Below are positions 10,132 through 20,398 of a stretch of 64,000 nt of DNA, in pieces. The position numbers were made by a program, and so were the translations under genes. The notes below the pieces were generated by a model. It had not been told where the DNA came from. It was given only the letters and a program-made list of their open reading frames with translations, and ran no database searches. This stretch comes from a virus: positions 77,670 to 141,669 of the IMG/VR virus record IMGVR_UViG_3300020469_005214; one strand, 5' to 3'. How positions within the stretch are numbered: position 1 is the stretch's first letter; each line of letters begins with the position of its first letter.

Positions 10132-10836
10132 ATGATAAAAGCAGACACGGGGCAAAATTTACTCAGGTATAATTTAAATAATTATAAGTTTTTATGCTAT
10201 GATTATGAGACTGAGTCACTATGCCTTGTTGGTAACAATAAGCCTTGGGAAGTAGGCTACATAACTGTAGAGGGTGGCAAAATTACTTCTGAACATAATC
10301 GAAATATTTGGTGGGAAGATTTAAATATTTCTGATGATGCTTCTAGAATTACTCGTTTCAATTATGAAAATTACAAGAAATCTGCAGAAAATGCCGATTT
10401 AGTTCTTAGTGATTTTGAGAATGAGCTTTATGATCCTAAGACTATTAATATCACTTATAATGGTTTGAATTTTGATATGTATTTGCATCAGTTATGGAGA
10501 AAGAAACTTGGCAAAGATATCGATTGGACTTTCTTACCTCGTTCTATTGATATTCTAGCATTGTCTAGGGCTTATCGAATGGAGATGGAGCCTCCAGAGG
10601 ATTGGGAGAATTTTTTCTCTTGGCAATTTAAATTGGCTAATTATTTTAGTGATAGTAGAACAAGAGCTTCTCGTAAGTTACCAAGTTGCACTTTAAAAAA
10701 GATGTGCGAAGAACTCGACATTGAATTTGACGATGGACAAGCTCACGGAGGACTTTATGATGTGCATAAAACTTGGGAAGTTTTTAAACAGTTGATTAGG
10801 AAAATGGAAATAACCACTAAACATCTATACATTTAA
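10132..10836 (+). CDS. DEDDh 3'-5' exonuclease (Pol III epsilon-like)
   Basis: YDYETE, YNGLNFD, IDIL, AHGGLYDV. Confidence 0.85.
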   Translation: MIKADTGQNLLRYNLNNYKFLCYDYETESLCLVGNNKPWEVGYITVEGGKITSEHNRNIWWEDLNISDDASRITRFNYENYKKSAENADLVLSDFENELYDPKTINITYNGLNFDMYLHQLWRKKLGKDIDWTFLPRSIDILALSRAYRMEMEPPEDWENFFSWQFKLANYFSDSRTRASRKLPSCTLKKMCEELDIEFDDGQAHGGLYDVHKTWEVFKQLIRKMEITTKHLYI

Positions 10837-10920
10837 AACAAACTACTTGACAATATGGTGTAGCGATGCTACTATTATTTGTAGGACTTAAAACAAAAAA
10901 CAAAATATAAAAACATAATT

Positions 10921-11373
10921 ATGGCAAAGAAATCATTTAAATTAGAAGACGTAGAATTTGTATGCGACAAAAATCAGCTTGAGTCAGACAAGCGACAGGC
11001 TGTGATAAACGACCTTAAAGCTATGCTTGAGGAAGAACAAGAGCAAGAAGAGACTGACAAGGTAGAGTATAAGATTGTTGGTCTATTCCCCGATGGCGAA
11101 GGTTATGATAAAATTCCTATCCAAGACAGAGTAATAATCCCTATTAAATTACCAGTAGAATCTGATACTGCGACTTTGCAAGATCATATGGTAATTGCCG
11201 CAACAAAACATAATGAAAGTCGTAGATCTAAAAAGCAGGGCAAAGTTTTTACACTTAACGACTTATTAACAAAGGCAACAAAAAAGAATTTGACAGAAGA
11301 AGGAATCAAGGTTCAGTGTGAGGGTCGTTTTGAAATTGTACCTTGCAATCCTCAGCTTATTGAAGAGAAATAA
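10921..11373 (+). CDS. hypothetical protein
   Basis: 150-aa ORF behind a TTGACA promoter. Confidence 0.65.
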   Translation: MAKKSFKLEDVEFVCDKNQLESDKRQAVINDLKAMLEEEQEQEETDKVEYKIVGLFPDGEGYDKIPIQDRVIIPIKLPVESDTATLQDHMVIAATKHNESRRSKKQGKVFTLNDLLTKATKKNLTEEGIKVQCEGRFEIVPCNPQLIEEK

Positions 11374-12108
11374 ATGGTTTATTTATTTTCTAGTGCTAAC
11401 TCCCTTAACTCAATTCTTACCATTGATAAAAAGTCAAAGGAGGGCGGTAGCGATTCTATTTTTCAGATTGCAAAAGAAAATAATATAGACCAAGTATTTT
11501 TAATTGAGAAAAATCCATCTTCTTTCCCCCAAGCACTTAGTAACGCTACAGAATTAGGGCTACAACTTGTTTATGGGTTGTCTTTGACTGTCTGTGATAA
11601 CTCAGATGACAAAGAGCTAGAATCAATTTCTACTGAGCATAAAATGGTATTTATTGCCAAGACTGGTGAGGCATATAAAAACATTTTAATGAAGCTGTAT
11701 AGTGATGCCGCAACAAGGGGTAATTATAAAGGCTTACCAAGAACAGATTTTGATCGCATCAAAGAATTTTGGGGCGATGATATGTTGATGATGATTCCGT
11801 TTTATGATAATTTTTTACACAAAAATATATTCTCTTTTGGAAACTGTTTGGTGAAATTCCAAGAATATAATCCTATATTTTGTGTTGAATATCACGAATT
11901 GCCTTTAGACAGAATAATGGCTATAAAAATAAAACAATATTGTAAAGAAAATGGCTATGACTATATCAAAAGTCATAGTGTAAGATATAAGAGTGAAAAA
12001 GATATTGATGCATACTTGACTTATAGATGTATTCAGAATAAAAGTAGCATTGAGTGTCCAAATCTTGAAGGCTTCTGCTCAAATAAATTTGCACTAATAG
12101 ATGGTTGA
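11374..12108 (+). CDS. stand-alone PHP domain of DNA Pol III alpha
   Basis: SLNSILT, LVYGL, IAKTGEAYKNILMKLYS, PRTD, HSVRY; directly upstream of the DnaE core. Confidence 0.75.
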   Translation: MVYLFSSANSLNSILTIDKKSKEGGSDSIFQIAKENNIDQVFLIEKNPSSFPQALSNATELGLQLVYGLSLTVCDNSDDKELESISTEHKMVFIAKTGEAYKNILMKLYSDAATRGNYKGLPRTDFDRIKEFWGDDMLMMIPFYDNFLHKNIFSFGNCLVKFQEYNPIFCVEYHELPLDRIMAIKIKQYCKENGYDYIKSHSVRYKSEKDIDAYLTYRCIQNKSSIECPNLEGFCSNKFALIDG

Positions 12109-14725
12109 AGATAAAGAGTTTTTAAGTCAATTTAAAAATTACTCCGATACTTATAATATCCTTGGAGTTAGAATTCCGCAGGTAAATATAGGTGGTTCAT
12201 ATGCTAGTAAATTTGGTTTAGATCTATCAAAAGATGAACACGAAATTCTTAGACAGCTTTGTCTACATGGATATAAAAAGCTAGATATTGACTCATTACC
12301 AAATAAAGACATTTACATAGAGCGTGTAAAATTTGAGCTAGAAACTCTTAAAAAACTTGGTTTCACTCGATACATTCTTATGGTATGGGATCTGATTCAA
12401 TGGTGCGATGAAAATAAAATCGCTAGAGGTTGGGGTCGTGGTTCTGTTGCAGGAAGTCTTGTATCTTATTTAATAGGTTTAACTGCGGTTGATCCAATTA
12501 AATATGATCTTATCTTTGAGCGTTTTATCAATGAGTCTCGTGCACAATCAAAAATTATTGGCGGTGAGCAATATTCAGATGGTAGCACTGTTCCAGATAT
12601 TGATTTTGATGTTTGTTACCTTAATCGTGGTCGAGTAGTTCATGAATATTTAAAGACTAAATACCCTAATAAGACTGGACACATCTCTACGCTAAATACA
12701 CTTTCAACAAAATTAGTTCTTAAGGAGGTCTGTAAGAAATATGGTGCCTACGATGAAACTCAAGCCAATCGTATTTCTAATATGATTGAAAGCGATGCGG
12801 GCAAGCTTGATTCTCTTGAAGACACTCTAAATAAGAATGACCAGTTTAAGGACTGGGTAGATCAAAATCCTAAAATATACGATATATGCTTAAAACTTTC
12901 TGATTTACCCAAAAACTTTGGTCTTCATGCCGCAGGAATCATTGTGTCATATGATGAAATTTTTAATTCTTTACCACTTGAAGATAGAGAGGGAACGATA
13001 ACATCATCTTATACGAAGGATGATGTTGCCGAACAGGAAATTAAACTTGATGCTTTGGGTCTAAAGACTTGTACAATCATATACGAAACAGCAAAAGAAG
13101 CAGGATATGATTTAAATAGTTTTGACGTGAATAATCCAGAGCTATACAAGCTATTTGACAAGTTTGATTATAGTTACGGAGTTTTTCAGTTAGATGGCGA
13201 TACGGCTTGCAAAGTAACCAAACAGGTTCAGCCAAAAAATATTTCAGACATTTCTGCTATCTCCGCCATTGCCAGACCTGGAGCGTTGGCATTTTTGGAA
13301 GACTTTTTAGAATCTAGAAAAACTGGTCAAATAAAATCCATTTATCCACCTATTGATAAAATTCTAGAGAACACCTCTGGTGTTATTCTGTATCAAGAGC
13401 AAACAATGAAAATTGCTCACGAGGTTTATAAATTTTCGCTTGTAGAAGCTGATATTTTAAGAAAAATTATTGGCAAAAAGCAACTCGAAAAGGTTAAGGA
13501 ATGGGAAGAAAAAATTAAAAAGGCAGGAATAGAACAAGGAATACCAGAAGATGCAACCCAGATCTTTTGGGAAACCGTTCAAGCCTCTGCCAAATATCAG
13601 TTTAATGCGAGCCACTCATACTCATATGGATATATTAGCTGTCTCTGCGCTTACTTAAAGATTAAATACCCAGCAATCTTTTTTAAAAACTGTCTTATGC
13701 TCGCTCGCTCCTTCCAAGATAGTGAGGCTCGTATTATGAAAATATGTAAAGAGCTTCCATATTTTGGTATTGAACTCAGACCACCAGACCTTGTTAAATC
13801 TGAGGAAGATTTTTCTGTTGAAGGCAACATAATTCGCTACGGGATTAAATCAATAAAATCCGTTTCAGAAAAAACTCTTATAAAGCTTAAAGAGTTCAAC
13901 TCGGTTCAGACAAATAAATTCCAACTATTTGAAGCGGCAAATAAGTCTGGGATTAATATTAGGATTTTATCTAACCTTATTAAGGCAGGGTGCTTAAGTT
14001 CCTTTGGAGACAATAGAGGGCTCCTTACTCTTGAGGCCGCAAGTTGGAACACCTTAACAGATGTCCAAAAAACCAAAATATTTAAATTTGGCGAAAAATA
14101 TAACTATGATCTATTAAATATTTTGCTTGACATTAAAAATGGAAAGCTTCTTAGCGATGGTAAAGAAATCATCTCAACCAAAAAACGTAAAACTAAATCA
14201 GGAGAAAAATCTTCTTGGGACACCTTTTACGAGAAATATTTGCCTCATAAGTTAGAGTGCATTAGCTATGCTAAATATGCAGACTTTTATAATTATTATT
14301 ATGAGCAAGATATTCTTGGTTTTGCATATAGCAAAAAGCTTTTTGAAATATTAGAATCAGAGTATAAGGGGATTATTCATCTTGGGGACTTGGATGATAC
14401 AGTAGAAGATTCTATTGTAACTTCTTGCGGAGTAGTACAAGAAGCAAGAGTTGGTAAAACTCAAAAAGGGAATAAGAAGCTAGTCCTCGTAGTAGGCGAC
14501 GAATATGGTCAAACTAGGGTGCAGACCTTTAACTTTAATCGATTTGATAGAGCGACTAGAACAACAGAGTTTCTCAGCAATGTAGATGATTTAAAGAGTC
14601 TTTACGGCAGACTACCAGAGAAAAAAGATATTGTTGTTTTTAGAGGTACCAGAAAGACCAATACTGTTTTCGCTGACAAAATTCGTATTTTGAACTTAGA
14701 TTTCAAAGAAAGTACTGATAAGTAA
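12101..14725 (+). CDS. dnaE: DNA polymerase III alpha catalytic core
   Basis: GWGRGSVAGSLVSY, FERFIN, PDIDFD, HAAG, KLDALGL, GVILYQEQ, YQFNASHS, C-terminal OB fold. Confidence 0.95.
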   Translation: MVEDKEFLSQFKNYSDTYNILGVRIPQVNIGGSYASKFGLDLSKDEHEILRQLCLHGYKKLDIDSLPNKDIYIERVKFELETLKKLGFTRYILMVWDLIQWCDENKIARGWGRGSVAGSLVSYLIGLTAVDPIKYDLIFERFINESRAQSKIIGGEQYSDGSTVPDIDFDVCYLNRGRVVHEYLKTKYPNKTGHISTLNTLSTKLVLKEVCKKYGAYDETQANRISNMIESDAGKLDSLEDTLNKNDQFKDWVDQNPKIYDICLKLSDLPKNFGLHAAGIIVSYDEIFNSLPLEDREGTITSSYTKDDVAEQEIKLDALGLKTCTIIYETAKEAGYDLNSFDVNNPELYKLFDKFDYSYGVFQLDGDTACKVTKQVQPKNISDISAISAIARPGALAFLEDFLESRKTGQIKSIYPPIDKILENTSGVILYQEQTMKIAHEVYKFSLVEADILRKIIGKKQLEKVKEWEEKIKKAGIEQGIPEDATQIFWETVQASAKYQFNASHSYSYGYISCLCAYLKIKYPAIFFKNCLMLARSFQDSEARIMKICKELPYFGIELRPPDLVKSEEDFSVEGNIIRYGIKSIKSVSEKTLIKLKEFNSVQTNKFQLFEAANKSGINIRILSNLIKAGCLSSFGDNRGLLTLEAASWNTLTDVQKTKIFKFGEKYNYDLLNILLDIKNGKLLSDGKEIISTKKRKTKSGEKSSWDTFYEKYLPHKLECISYAKYADFYNYYYEQDILGFAYSKKLFEILESEYKGIIHLGDLDDTVEDSIVTSCGVVQEARVGKTQKGNKKLVLVVGDEYGQTRVQTFNFNRFDRATRTTEFLSNVDDLKSLYGRLPEKKDIVVFRGTRKTNTVFADKIRILNLDFKESTDK

Positions 14726-14834
14726 AAGATATTCTGACCCAAATAAATAAAAAAGCCCTTGACAGGGGCAAATATTTATATATAACTGGTAGACTAATAA
14801 ATAAATCTTAACAAAAAATATTTAAAAATAAAAT

Positions 14835-15116
14835 ATGATTGATCGCAAAAGAATTCTAAAATCCTTTTTCCAAGTTAAAAAAACTTCTAAATATAGTTGG
14901 TATGGAGTGCCAACCTGCAACGAAGATAAAAAACAAAGAGCAAAAAGAAAAATCGAATTGTCGCCAAACGATATTTTAATTCCATCTTTTAATAATAAAT
15001 ATTGGAATAAAATTAACAAAAAAGGTGCGGTAAATATAGAAATACCAGATAGTGAACTGGTTAGGGTTGATCGCCCCATTACTTTTGATAATGTCTATTA
15101 TAAATACGGATATTGA
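14835..15116 (+). CDS. hypothetical protein
   Basis: ORF behind a TTGACA promoter. Confidence 0.5.
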   Translation: MIDRKRILKSFFQVKKTSKYSWYGVPTCNEDKKQRAKRKIELSPNDILIPSFNNKYWNKINKKGAVNIEIPDSELVRVDRPITFDNVYYKYGY

Positions 15117-15149
15117 TCCCTAAAACCCATAATTGGTGTAATAATTACT

Positions 15150-15347
15150 ATGACGGTTAAAAAGCTAAAGTCTATACCAAAGCTTATGTTCCCTCAAATT
15201 AAAATGGTAGCCGAAGAGTGTTGTTGCCAACAAATAACAGGGACTCTAAATGAAGCTAATTTTTATTTCAGGAGCAAAGAAAACGCAGAGTTTTTTTCAA
15301 AAATGTTAAAAAGCTTGACAGTTTTTGAAAATAAATTTAATCATTAA
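15150..15347 (+). CDS. hypothetical protein
   Basis: TGTAA-N8-ATG start. Confidence 0.5.
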   Translation: MTVKKLKSIPKLMFPQIKMVAEECCCQQITGTLNEANFYFRSKENAEFFSKMLKSLTVFENKFNH

Positions 15348-15386
15348 AGGTATTCTCTAAATTGCATGTAAAATGTAATAATATGA

Positions 15387-15821
15387 GTGGAAATCGATGA
15401 TCAAGTTTATAAAGCGGAAAATGAAGTTTTTGAGAATGAAACAATATTTACTGAGACACAAATTAAAAAGTTTTTTCTCCACATTGTTTACGATGATTGG
15501 TTTGTAAGACAATATGGAAGTGGATACAGAATGTACATCATCGGCCCGAATTTTTTTGACGCTTCTTATGGATGTTATAAGGAAATATATTTACTTGAGA
15601 ATCAACACTTTACAGAAAGCACTGTTTGTCACGAACTAATGCATTCTTGCAAACATATAAGGAAAAACCCTCATGGCAAAGCTTGGCAGAAAAGATACGT
15701 AGATATGCTTAAAAGATACGTTTCTAATCAAATGGGCGAAGAGCTAGAGGAAAAGTTTTCCCAAATATATGAAAATAATAAAAAATATAATTTGGCGTTG
15801 GAAAGTAAGAAGAAAATTTGA
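15387..15821 (+). CDS. SprT-like zinc metalloprotease domain protein
   Basis: CHELMH (HExxH) followed by PHGKAW. Confidence 0.65.
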   Translation: MEIDDQVYKAENEVFENETIFTETQIKKFFLHIVYDDWFVRQYGSGYRMYIIGPNFFDASYGCYKEIYLLENQHFTESTVCHELMHSCKHIRKNPHGKAWQKRYVDMLKRYVSNQMGEELEEKFSQIYENNKKYNLALESKKKI

Positions 15822-16017
15822 CAATATATATACATTTTATATTGAAAATATTGACATCTTTCATCCCAAAGAGCAAGAATCAATTGAATCTATTAAAAAA
15901 TCGTTTGAATTTTACTTCTATAGAAGTAGTTGGGAGCGAAATAAAGAAAAAATTGAAAAATATATTGAACAAATCAACACTAAAATAAACCACAGAATAA
16001 AAAATACAAAATGCTAG
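15769..16017 (+). CDS. hypothetical protein
   Basis: ORF track. Confidence 0.45.
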   Translation: MKIIKNIIWRWKVRRKFDNIYTFYIENIDIFHPKEQESIESIKKSFEFYFYRSSWERNKEKIEKYIEQINTKINHRIKNTKC

Positions 16018-16104
16018 AAATACTAATCGTTACATTCTTTCTTCTAATATTATTTGGAGAAATTTAAAAAAAGCTTGACTTTACAATTTTTTCAATCATT
16101 ATGG

Positions 16105-16164
16105 CACAAATAACATCACAAATAACATCACAAATAATAACACAAATAATAACACAAATAAAAA
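16105..16164 (+). repeat. five tandem 12-bp repeats CACAAATAAHAW in a 5' leader
   Basis: Units start at 16105, 16117, 16129, 16141 and 16153. Confidence 0.9.
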
Positions 16165-16165
16165 C

Positions 16166-16603
16166 ATGGAAGACAGTAAAACAAAAGTAGTCTCATCTTG
16201 GGGCGTACACAAAAAACTACAAAAAGTATATGCTAAGGTTCGGAATAAAATACCTGCGGTAGGCGAGGTTGAGGACAAAAAGAAAAATCCAAAGCTCGAA
16301 AGGCTTCGTAAAGCTGAAAATTATGCTTACGACTTATTTAATAATGGATTGGCAAATTATAGATCTCAATTTCTTAGATTCTATAAAATACCAAGTTACC
16401 AAGTTCCTGCATACGGAACTTATTGGCACTCATACATATGGGATGATTTGGAGCAACAAGTGGAGCCAGTATTTTCAAAAGCTCTTATTGATGCATATGT
16501 AGAGCAATATTCTACCGATGAGTTAATAAATGACATTATCGATAGTAATAATTCAACAAGCCAGTCAGAAGTCGAACAAGAAGTGGAGCAATTAGCAAAA
16601 TAG
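16166..16603 (+). CDS. hypothetical protein
   Basis: 145-aa ORF with YDLFNNGL motif seen in phage early proteins. Confidence 0.65.
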   Translation: MEDSKTKVVSSWGVHKKLQKVYAKVRNKIPAVGEVEDKKKNPKLERLRKAENYAYDLFNNGLANYRSQFLRFYKIPSYQVPAYGTYWHSYIWDDLEQQVEPVFSKALIDAYVEQYSTDELINDIIDSNNSTSQSEVEQEVEQLAK

Positions 16604-16607
16604 AACC

Positions 16608-16862
16608 ATGAAACTTAAAGAAATAATTCAAGAGACAAAGGGTAAGTTTTTTACTGTTAATTTTATTAAAAAAGATGGAAGTAAGCGTCACATGCTTGCT
16701 CGTACTGGAGTAAAAAAATATCTCAAGGGCGGAGAAAGTCCTGCTAAAAACCGAGACAATATGATTGTCGTTTTTGATGTTCACAAAAGGGCATATAGGA
16801 TGATCAATTTAGATACTTTGCTTAGTTTTAAGTGCGGTAATAAAGAATATTACTATTATTAA
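16608..16862 (+). CDS. SH3/WYL-like beta-barrel phage protein
   Basis: GKFFTVNFIKKDGSKRHM...VFDV...YRMIN pattern. Confidence 0.55.
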   Translation: MKLKEIIQETKGKFFTVNFIKKDGSKRHMLARTGVKKYLKGGESPAKNRDNMIVVFDVHKRAYRMINLDTLLSFKCGNKEYYYY

Positions 16863-16906
16863 AAATAAGTATTGACTTTCTCTAATTCATATGAATTATC
16901 GCAAAT

Positions 16907-17548
16907 ATGAAAATACTAATTGCTTGCGAATCCTCTGGAGTTATTCGTGATGCCTTTCGAGCAAGGGGTCACGAAGCTTACTCTTGTGATGTTATCGATA
17001 CAGGTCACAAATATCATATTTGCGATGATGTTCTAAATATTTTAGATCAAAATTGGGATATGATGATTGCTCATCCACCTTGCACTTATCTTTCGGTTAG
17101 TGGTATGCATTGGACTGCTCGTGGTTTGCGTGATCCTCAGTTGACTGAAGATGCTCTTGATTTTGTTCGAAAGCTTATGGATGCTCCAATTGCAAAAATA
17201 GTAATTGAAAATCCAGTTAGCGTCATTTCAACACGCATTAAAAAGGCAAGTCAATATATACAGCCGTATCAGTTTGGAAAAGATAGAAGTAAAAAAACTG
17301 GGCTATGGTTGAAAAATCTACCTATTTTAGAACCATCCGAATATGTGGAGCCAACAAGATGGGCTTGTTGTGGAAAATGGATGGAAAAAGATTCTACTTG
17401 TAATAAATGCGATAAAAAGCCCAAGCCTAGATGGTCTAATCAAACTCAAGACGGTGCAGACAAAACTCCTCCATCTAAAGATCGTTGGAAGACTCGTTCT
17501 CAAACCGATAAAGGTATTGCAGAAGCAATGGCAAATCAATGGGGTTAG
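16907..17548 (+). CDS. phage DNA cytosine methyltransferase-like protein
   Basis: ILIACESSG, AHPPCTYLS (PC), IENPVS, KKTGLWL, GIAEAMANQWG. Confidence 0.8.
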   Translation: MKILIACESSGVIRDAFRARGHEAYSCDVIDTGHKYHICDDVLNILDQNWDMMIAHPPCTYLSVSGMHWTARGLRDPQLTEDALDFVRKLMDAPIAKIVIENPVSVISTRIKKASQYIQPYQFGKDRSKKTGLWLKNLPILEPSEYVEPTRWACCGKWMEKDSTCNKCDKKPKPRWSNQTQDGADKTPPSKDRWKTRSQTDKGIAEAMANQWG

Positions 17549-17603
17549 AAAATGCCTCATAAAAAGACTTGACTTTTAATAAATTATCAACAAAGTGGTG
17601 GAC

Positions 17604-18491
17604 ATGAAAATCTTATCTCTCTTCGATGGAATCTCCTGTGCTCAAATTGCGCTTAACAAACTTGGCGTTAAATACGATAATTATTTCGCTAGTGAAATTT
17701 GCGAAAAAGCAATTAAAGTAACACAAGATAATTATCCAGACACAATACAATTAGGTGATGTGACAAAATGGAAAGATTGGAAGTTGCCTAAGATTGATAT
17801 AATTTGTGCGGGTTTTCCTTGCCAATCTTGGTCTAAAGCAGGATTACAAGGCGGATTTCAAGATGAGCGTGGGAAACTTGCTTATGTCCTCGCAGATATT
17901 TTCCGTCACCTAAAAAAGCAAAATCCTAATTTAATTTTCTTATTTGAAAATGTAGAGATGGGAAAAGAAAAGTTAAATGATTTAAATGAATTGTTTGGTT
18001 GTGAGGGAATTAAAATCAATTCTTCGCTATTAACTGCTCAGAAGCGTGGGCGAGTCTACTGGACAAATTTAAAAATTAATCCAGTAAAGGATCAGAGAAT
18101 TCAGTTTCAAGATATTCTTGATGATGGATTGGCTGAAAAAGAAAAGGCGTATTGCGTTAAGCTTTGTCGTGGAAATGCAAGAGACTATTTTAAGAAAAAA
18201 CAAACCAATATTGTCTTTTGCCCAAATAAGTATGGTAAATATGAAGTAAAAAATAATCTTATCTCTATGACCTTTCCGAAAGGCAAAGACCCAAATGAGT
18301 TATTTACTTTTAAATGTTCTTTGCCAGATGGCAATTACGACATAAGACCTCTTAATAGAAATGAGGTCGAGAGGTTGCAGACGATCCCAGAAAATTATAC
18401 TAATTCAGTAACTGTAGCCTCTGCTCATAATTTAATGGGTAATAGTTGGACTGTTGATGTAATCTGCCATATTTTAAAAAATGTTAAATAA
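17604..18491 (+). CDS. C5 DNA cytosine methyltransferase
   Basis: LSLFDGISC, GFPCQ, FENV, QKRGRVYW, ERLQT, MGNSWTVDVI. Confidence 0.92.
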   Translation: MKILSLFDGISCAQIALNKLGVKYDNYFASEICEKAIKVTQDNYPDTIQLGDVTKWKDWKLPKIDIICAGFPCQSWSKAGLQGGFQDERGKLAYVLADIFRHLKKQNPNLIFLFENVEMGKEKLNDLNELFGCEGIKINSSLLTAQKRGRVYWTNLKINPVKDQRIQFQDILDDGLAEKEKAYCVKLCRGNARDYFKKKQTNIVFCPNKYGKYEVKNNLISMTFPKGKDPNELFTFKCSLPDGNYDIRPLNRNEVERLQTIPENYTNSVTVASAHNLMGNSWTVDVICHILKNVK

Positions 18492-18691
18492 AATTTGGAG
18501 AGTATGGGCTAAGTCTATTGGGGAAAAGGCTTTCTCAAAAAATGGAGAAGCAGATGTTGTCGCAATCGTAAGAACTATTATATTTTTAACTTATTTAATT
18601 ACTAACTTATTTATTATATCTGGCGTAATAAGGCATTGGTAATAAATATTTTTCTTGACTTTTATAAACATATTATCAATATACAAAAATT

Positions 18692-18880
18692 ATGAATGAA
18701 GAATATATATTTAATAAATTAAAAAAACTCATTGCAGATGATAAAATTAAATGTCGCGAAGCAGAAGATATTTACGAGTTATATCTTGAAGAAATAGATG
18801 ATACTTCTATAGATACCGCCATAGAACGTGCAGAGTATGATATCGAAGAGGCACTTAAACTCAATTCTTGGAAAAAGTAA
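18692..18880 (+). CDS. hypothetical acidic protein
   Basis: Leaderless-type promoter upstream. Confidence 0.55.
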   Translation: MNEEYIFNKLKKLIADDKIKCREAEDIYELYLEEIDDTSIDTAIERAEYDIEEALKLNSWKK

Positions 18881-18924
18881 AAATAACTCTTGACAGTAAC
18901 AAACAAAAAGAACAACATAGCCAA

Positions 18925-19485
18925 ATGAATATCTTCGCTTTATCAACCAATCACGAAGTCGCCGCAAAATGGCACAACGACAAGCATTGCGTCAAAATGG
19001 TTACAGAAATCATGCAATGTTTATCTTGTGCTGTTATAAGACACGATACTCCAACAGAGTTATTGCCGTTAAGTAAGAAAGGTACACCAGTAAAAGGTGG
19101 TTACCATCATCATCCTAGCTCTATTTGGGCAGGAAATACTAAGGGAAATTTTGAATGGTTGTGCCATCACGGGATTTCGTTAGCCAAAGAATATACTAGA
19201 CGTTATAATAAGACTCATTTTTGTGAAGGAGTTATTACTAGACTCTTTTCTTTGATTGATTATATTCCAGATGGAAATATAGAAGATTTTGCAGTTGCTA
19301 TATCAGAAGACTCAGAATGTCGCAAGATAGACAATTTTGAAGATCTTCATCCAGTAACTAAATATAGATTATATTATAAGATCGACAAGGCACACTTGGC
19401 AAACTGGAAGGCAAATAAGCCTCATTGGTATGATTACTCAATAGAGAAAATCATCGAAACATCACAATCAATCGTTACAGTATGA
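18925..19485 (+). CDS. pyrimidine-dimer DNA glycosylase/endonuclease V-like
   Basis: MNIFAL, DKHCVKM..E, HPSSIW, EYTRRYNKTH, YRLYY, W...PHW. Confidence 0.75.
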   Translation: MNIFALSTNHEVAAKWHNDKHCVKMVTEIMQCLSCAVIRHDTPTELLPLSKKGTPVKGGYHHHPSSIWAGNTKGNFEWLCHHGISLAKEYTRRYNKTHFCEGVITRLFSLIDYIPDGNIEDFAVAISEDSECRKIDNFEDLHPVTKYRLYYKIDKAHLANWKANKPHWYDYSIEKIIETSQSIVTV

Positions 19486-19934
19486 ATAAGCTAACTAGAC
19501 CTATTTATGCCTTTGCGGTAGTAATAATATTTATAATTTTTACCATCGTTGCAGGCTCGTTGCAGGGCGCGACAATTACAGATGTTATTTACGCTATAGA
19601 AGAAGTTGAATCTAATCGTGACCCTTACGCTATAAATACAAAAGAAAATGCTATTGGTTGCCTGCAAATACGACCAATTATGATTGCTGACTACAATCGA
19701 ATTACTGGAGAAGATTTGTCTCATAATATTGCTTACAATCGTTCTATGGCTTATATTATTGCATTTACGATCTTTAATCACTATATAAAAGGTATTGATA
19801 AACCCAACGCCAAACACTTAGCTTTTATATGGAATGGTGGTGGTGGTGCTTGGAGACGAGTGGATAATCCTAAAAACGATCAGAAGCAGAAAAACCTTGA
19901 CATCTATTGGAATAAAGTCAAAATGCACTTATGA
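19482..19934 (+). CDS. lysozyme-like / lytic transglycosylase with N-terminal signal or anchor
   Basis: EVESN catalytic Glu, GCLQI, WNGG, YWNKV; hydrophobic N-terminus. Confidence 0.75.
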   Translation: MNKLTRPIYAFAVVIIFIIFTIVAGSLQGATITDVIYAIEEVESNRDPYAINTKENAIGCLQIRPIMIADYNRITGEDLSHNIAYNRSMAYIIAFTIFNHYIKGIDKPNAKHLAFIWNGGGGAWRRVDNPKNDQKQKNLDIYWNKVKMHL

Positions 19935-20137
19935 ATGAAGAAACAAAAACACCTATCGATAAAATAAGGGCTGAAGCCAAAAAAATTGAAGATGCCATTG
20001 AATATGCAGATGCTAAAGTCGCAGAAAGATTTGGCGATTCAAGATGGACTGAAACAGATGGTACAGAACATTATACAGATAGAGCGCAAGATTTATTTAA
20101 TGAATACTACGACAGTTACCAAAGGTTAACAATATAA
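19931..20137 (+). CDS. hypothetical protein
   Basis: ORF track; YTDRAQDLFNEYYD. Confidence 0.55.
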   Translation: MNEETKTPIDKIRAEAKKIEDAIEYADAKVAERFGDSRWTETDGTEHYTDRAQDLFNEYYDSYQRLTI

Positions 20138-20149
20138 ATTATTTTTTTT

Positions 20150-20225
20150 GCATCCTTAGCTCAATCGGTAGAGCAGTTGACTTTTAATCAATTGGTTCTG
20201 GGTTCAAGTCCCAGAGGATGTACCA
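20150..20225 (+). tRNA. tRNA-Lys(UUU)
   Basis: Acceptor GCATCCT/AGGATGT, anticodon loop CTTTTAA, TTCAAGT T-loop, encoded CCA. Confidence 0.95.
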
Positions 20226-20231
20226 CATTTA

Positions 20232-20308
20232 GCCCCTATCGTCTAGTCTGGTTAGGACACCGCGTTTTCATCGCGTCAACCACGGTTCGAATCCGTGTAG
20301 GGGTGCCA
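20232..20308 (+). tRNA. tRNA-Glu(UUC)
   Basis: Acceptor GCCCCTA/TAGGGGT, anticodon loop TTTTCAT, TTCGAAT T-loop, CCA. Confidence 0.93.
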
Positions 20309-20398
20309 TTTTTTTTAAAAAAGATGTTGACATCTATAAAAACACTAATATAAATGTAAAAACAGTTATAAATATAAAACACAAATGATTAAACACAA

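Noticed and set aside
16101-16190. Repeat-encoded uORF MAQITSQITS...
   Set aside because: Its ATG falls within the predicted -10 box, upstream of the transcript start.
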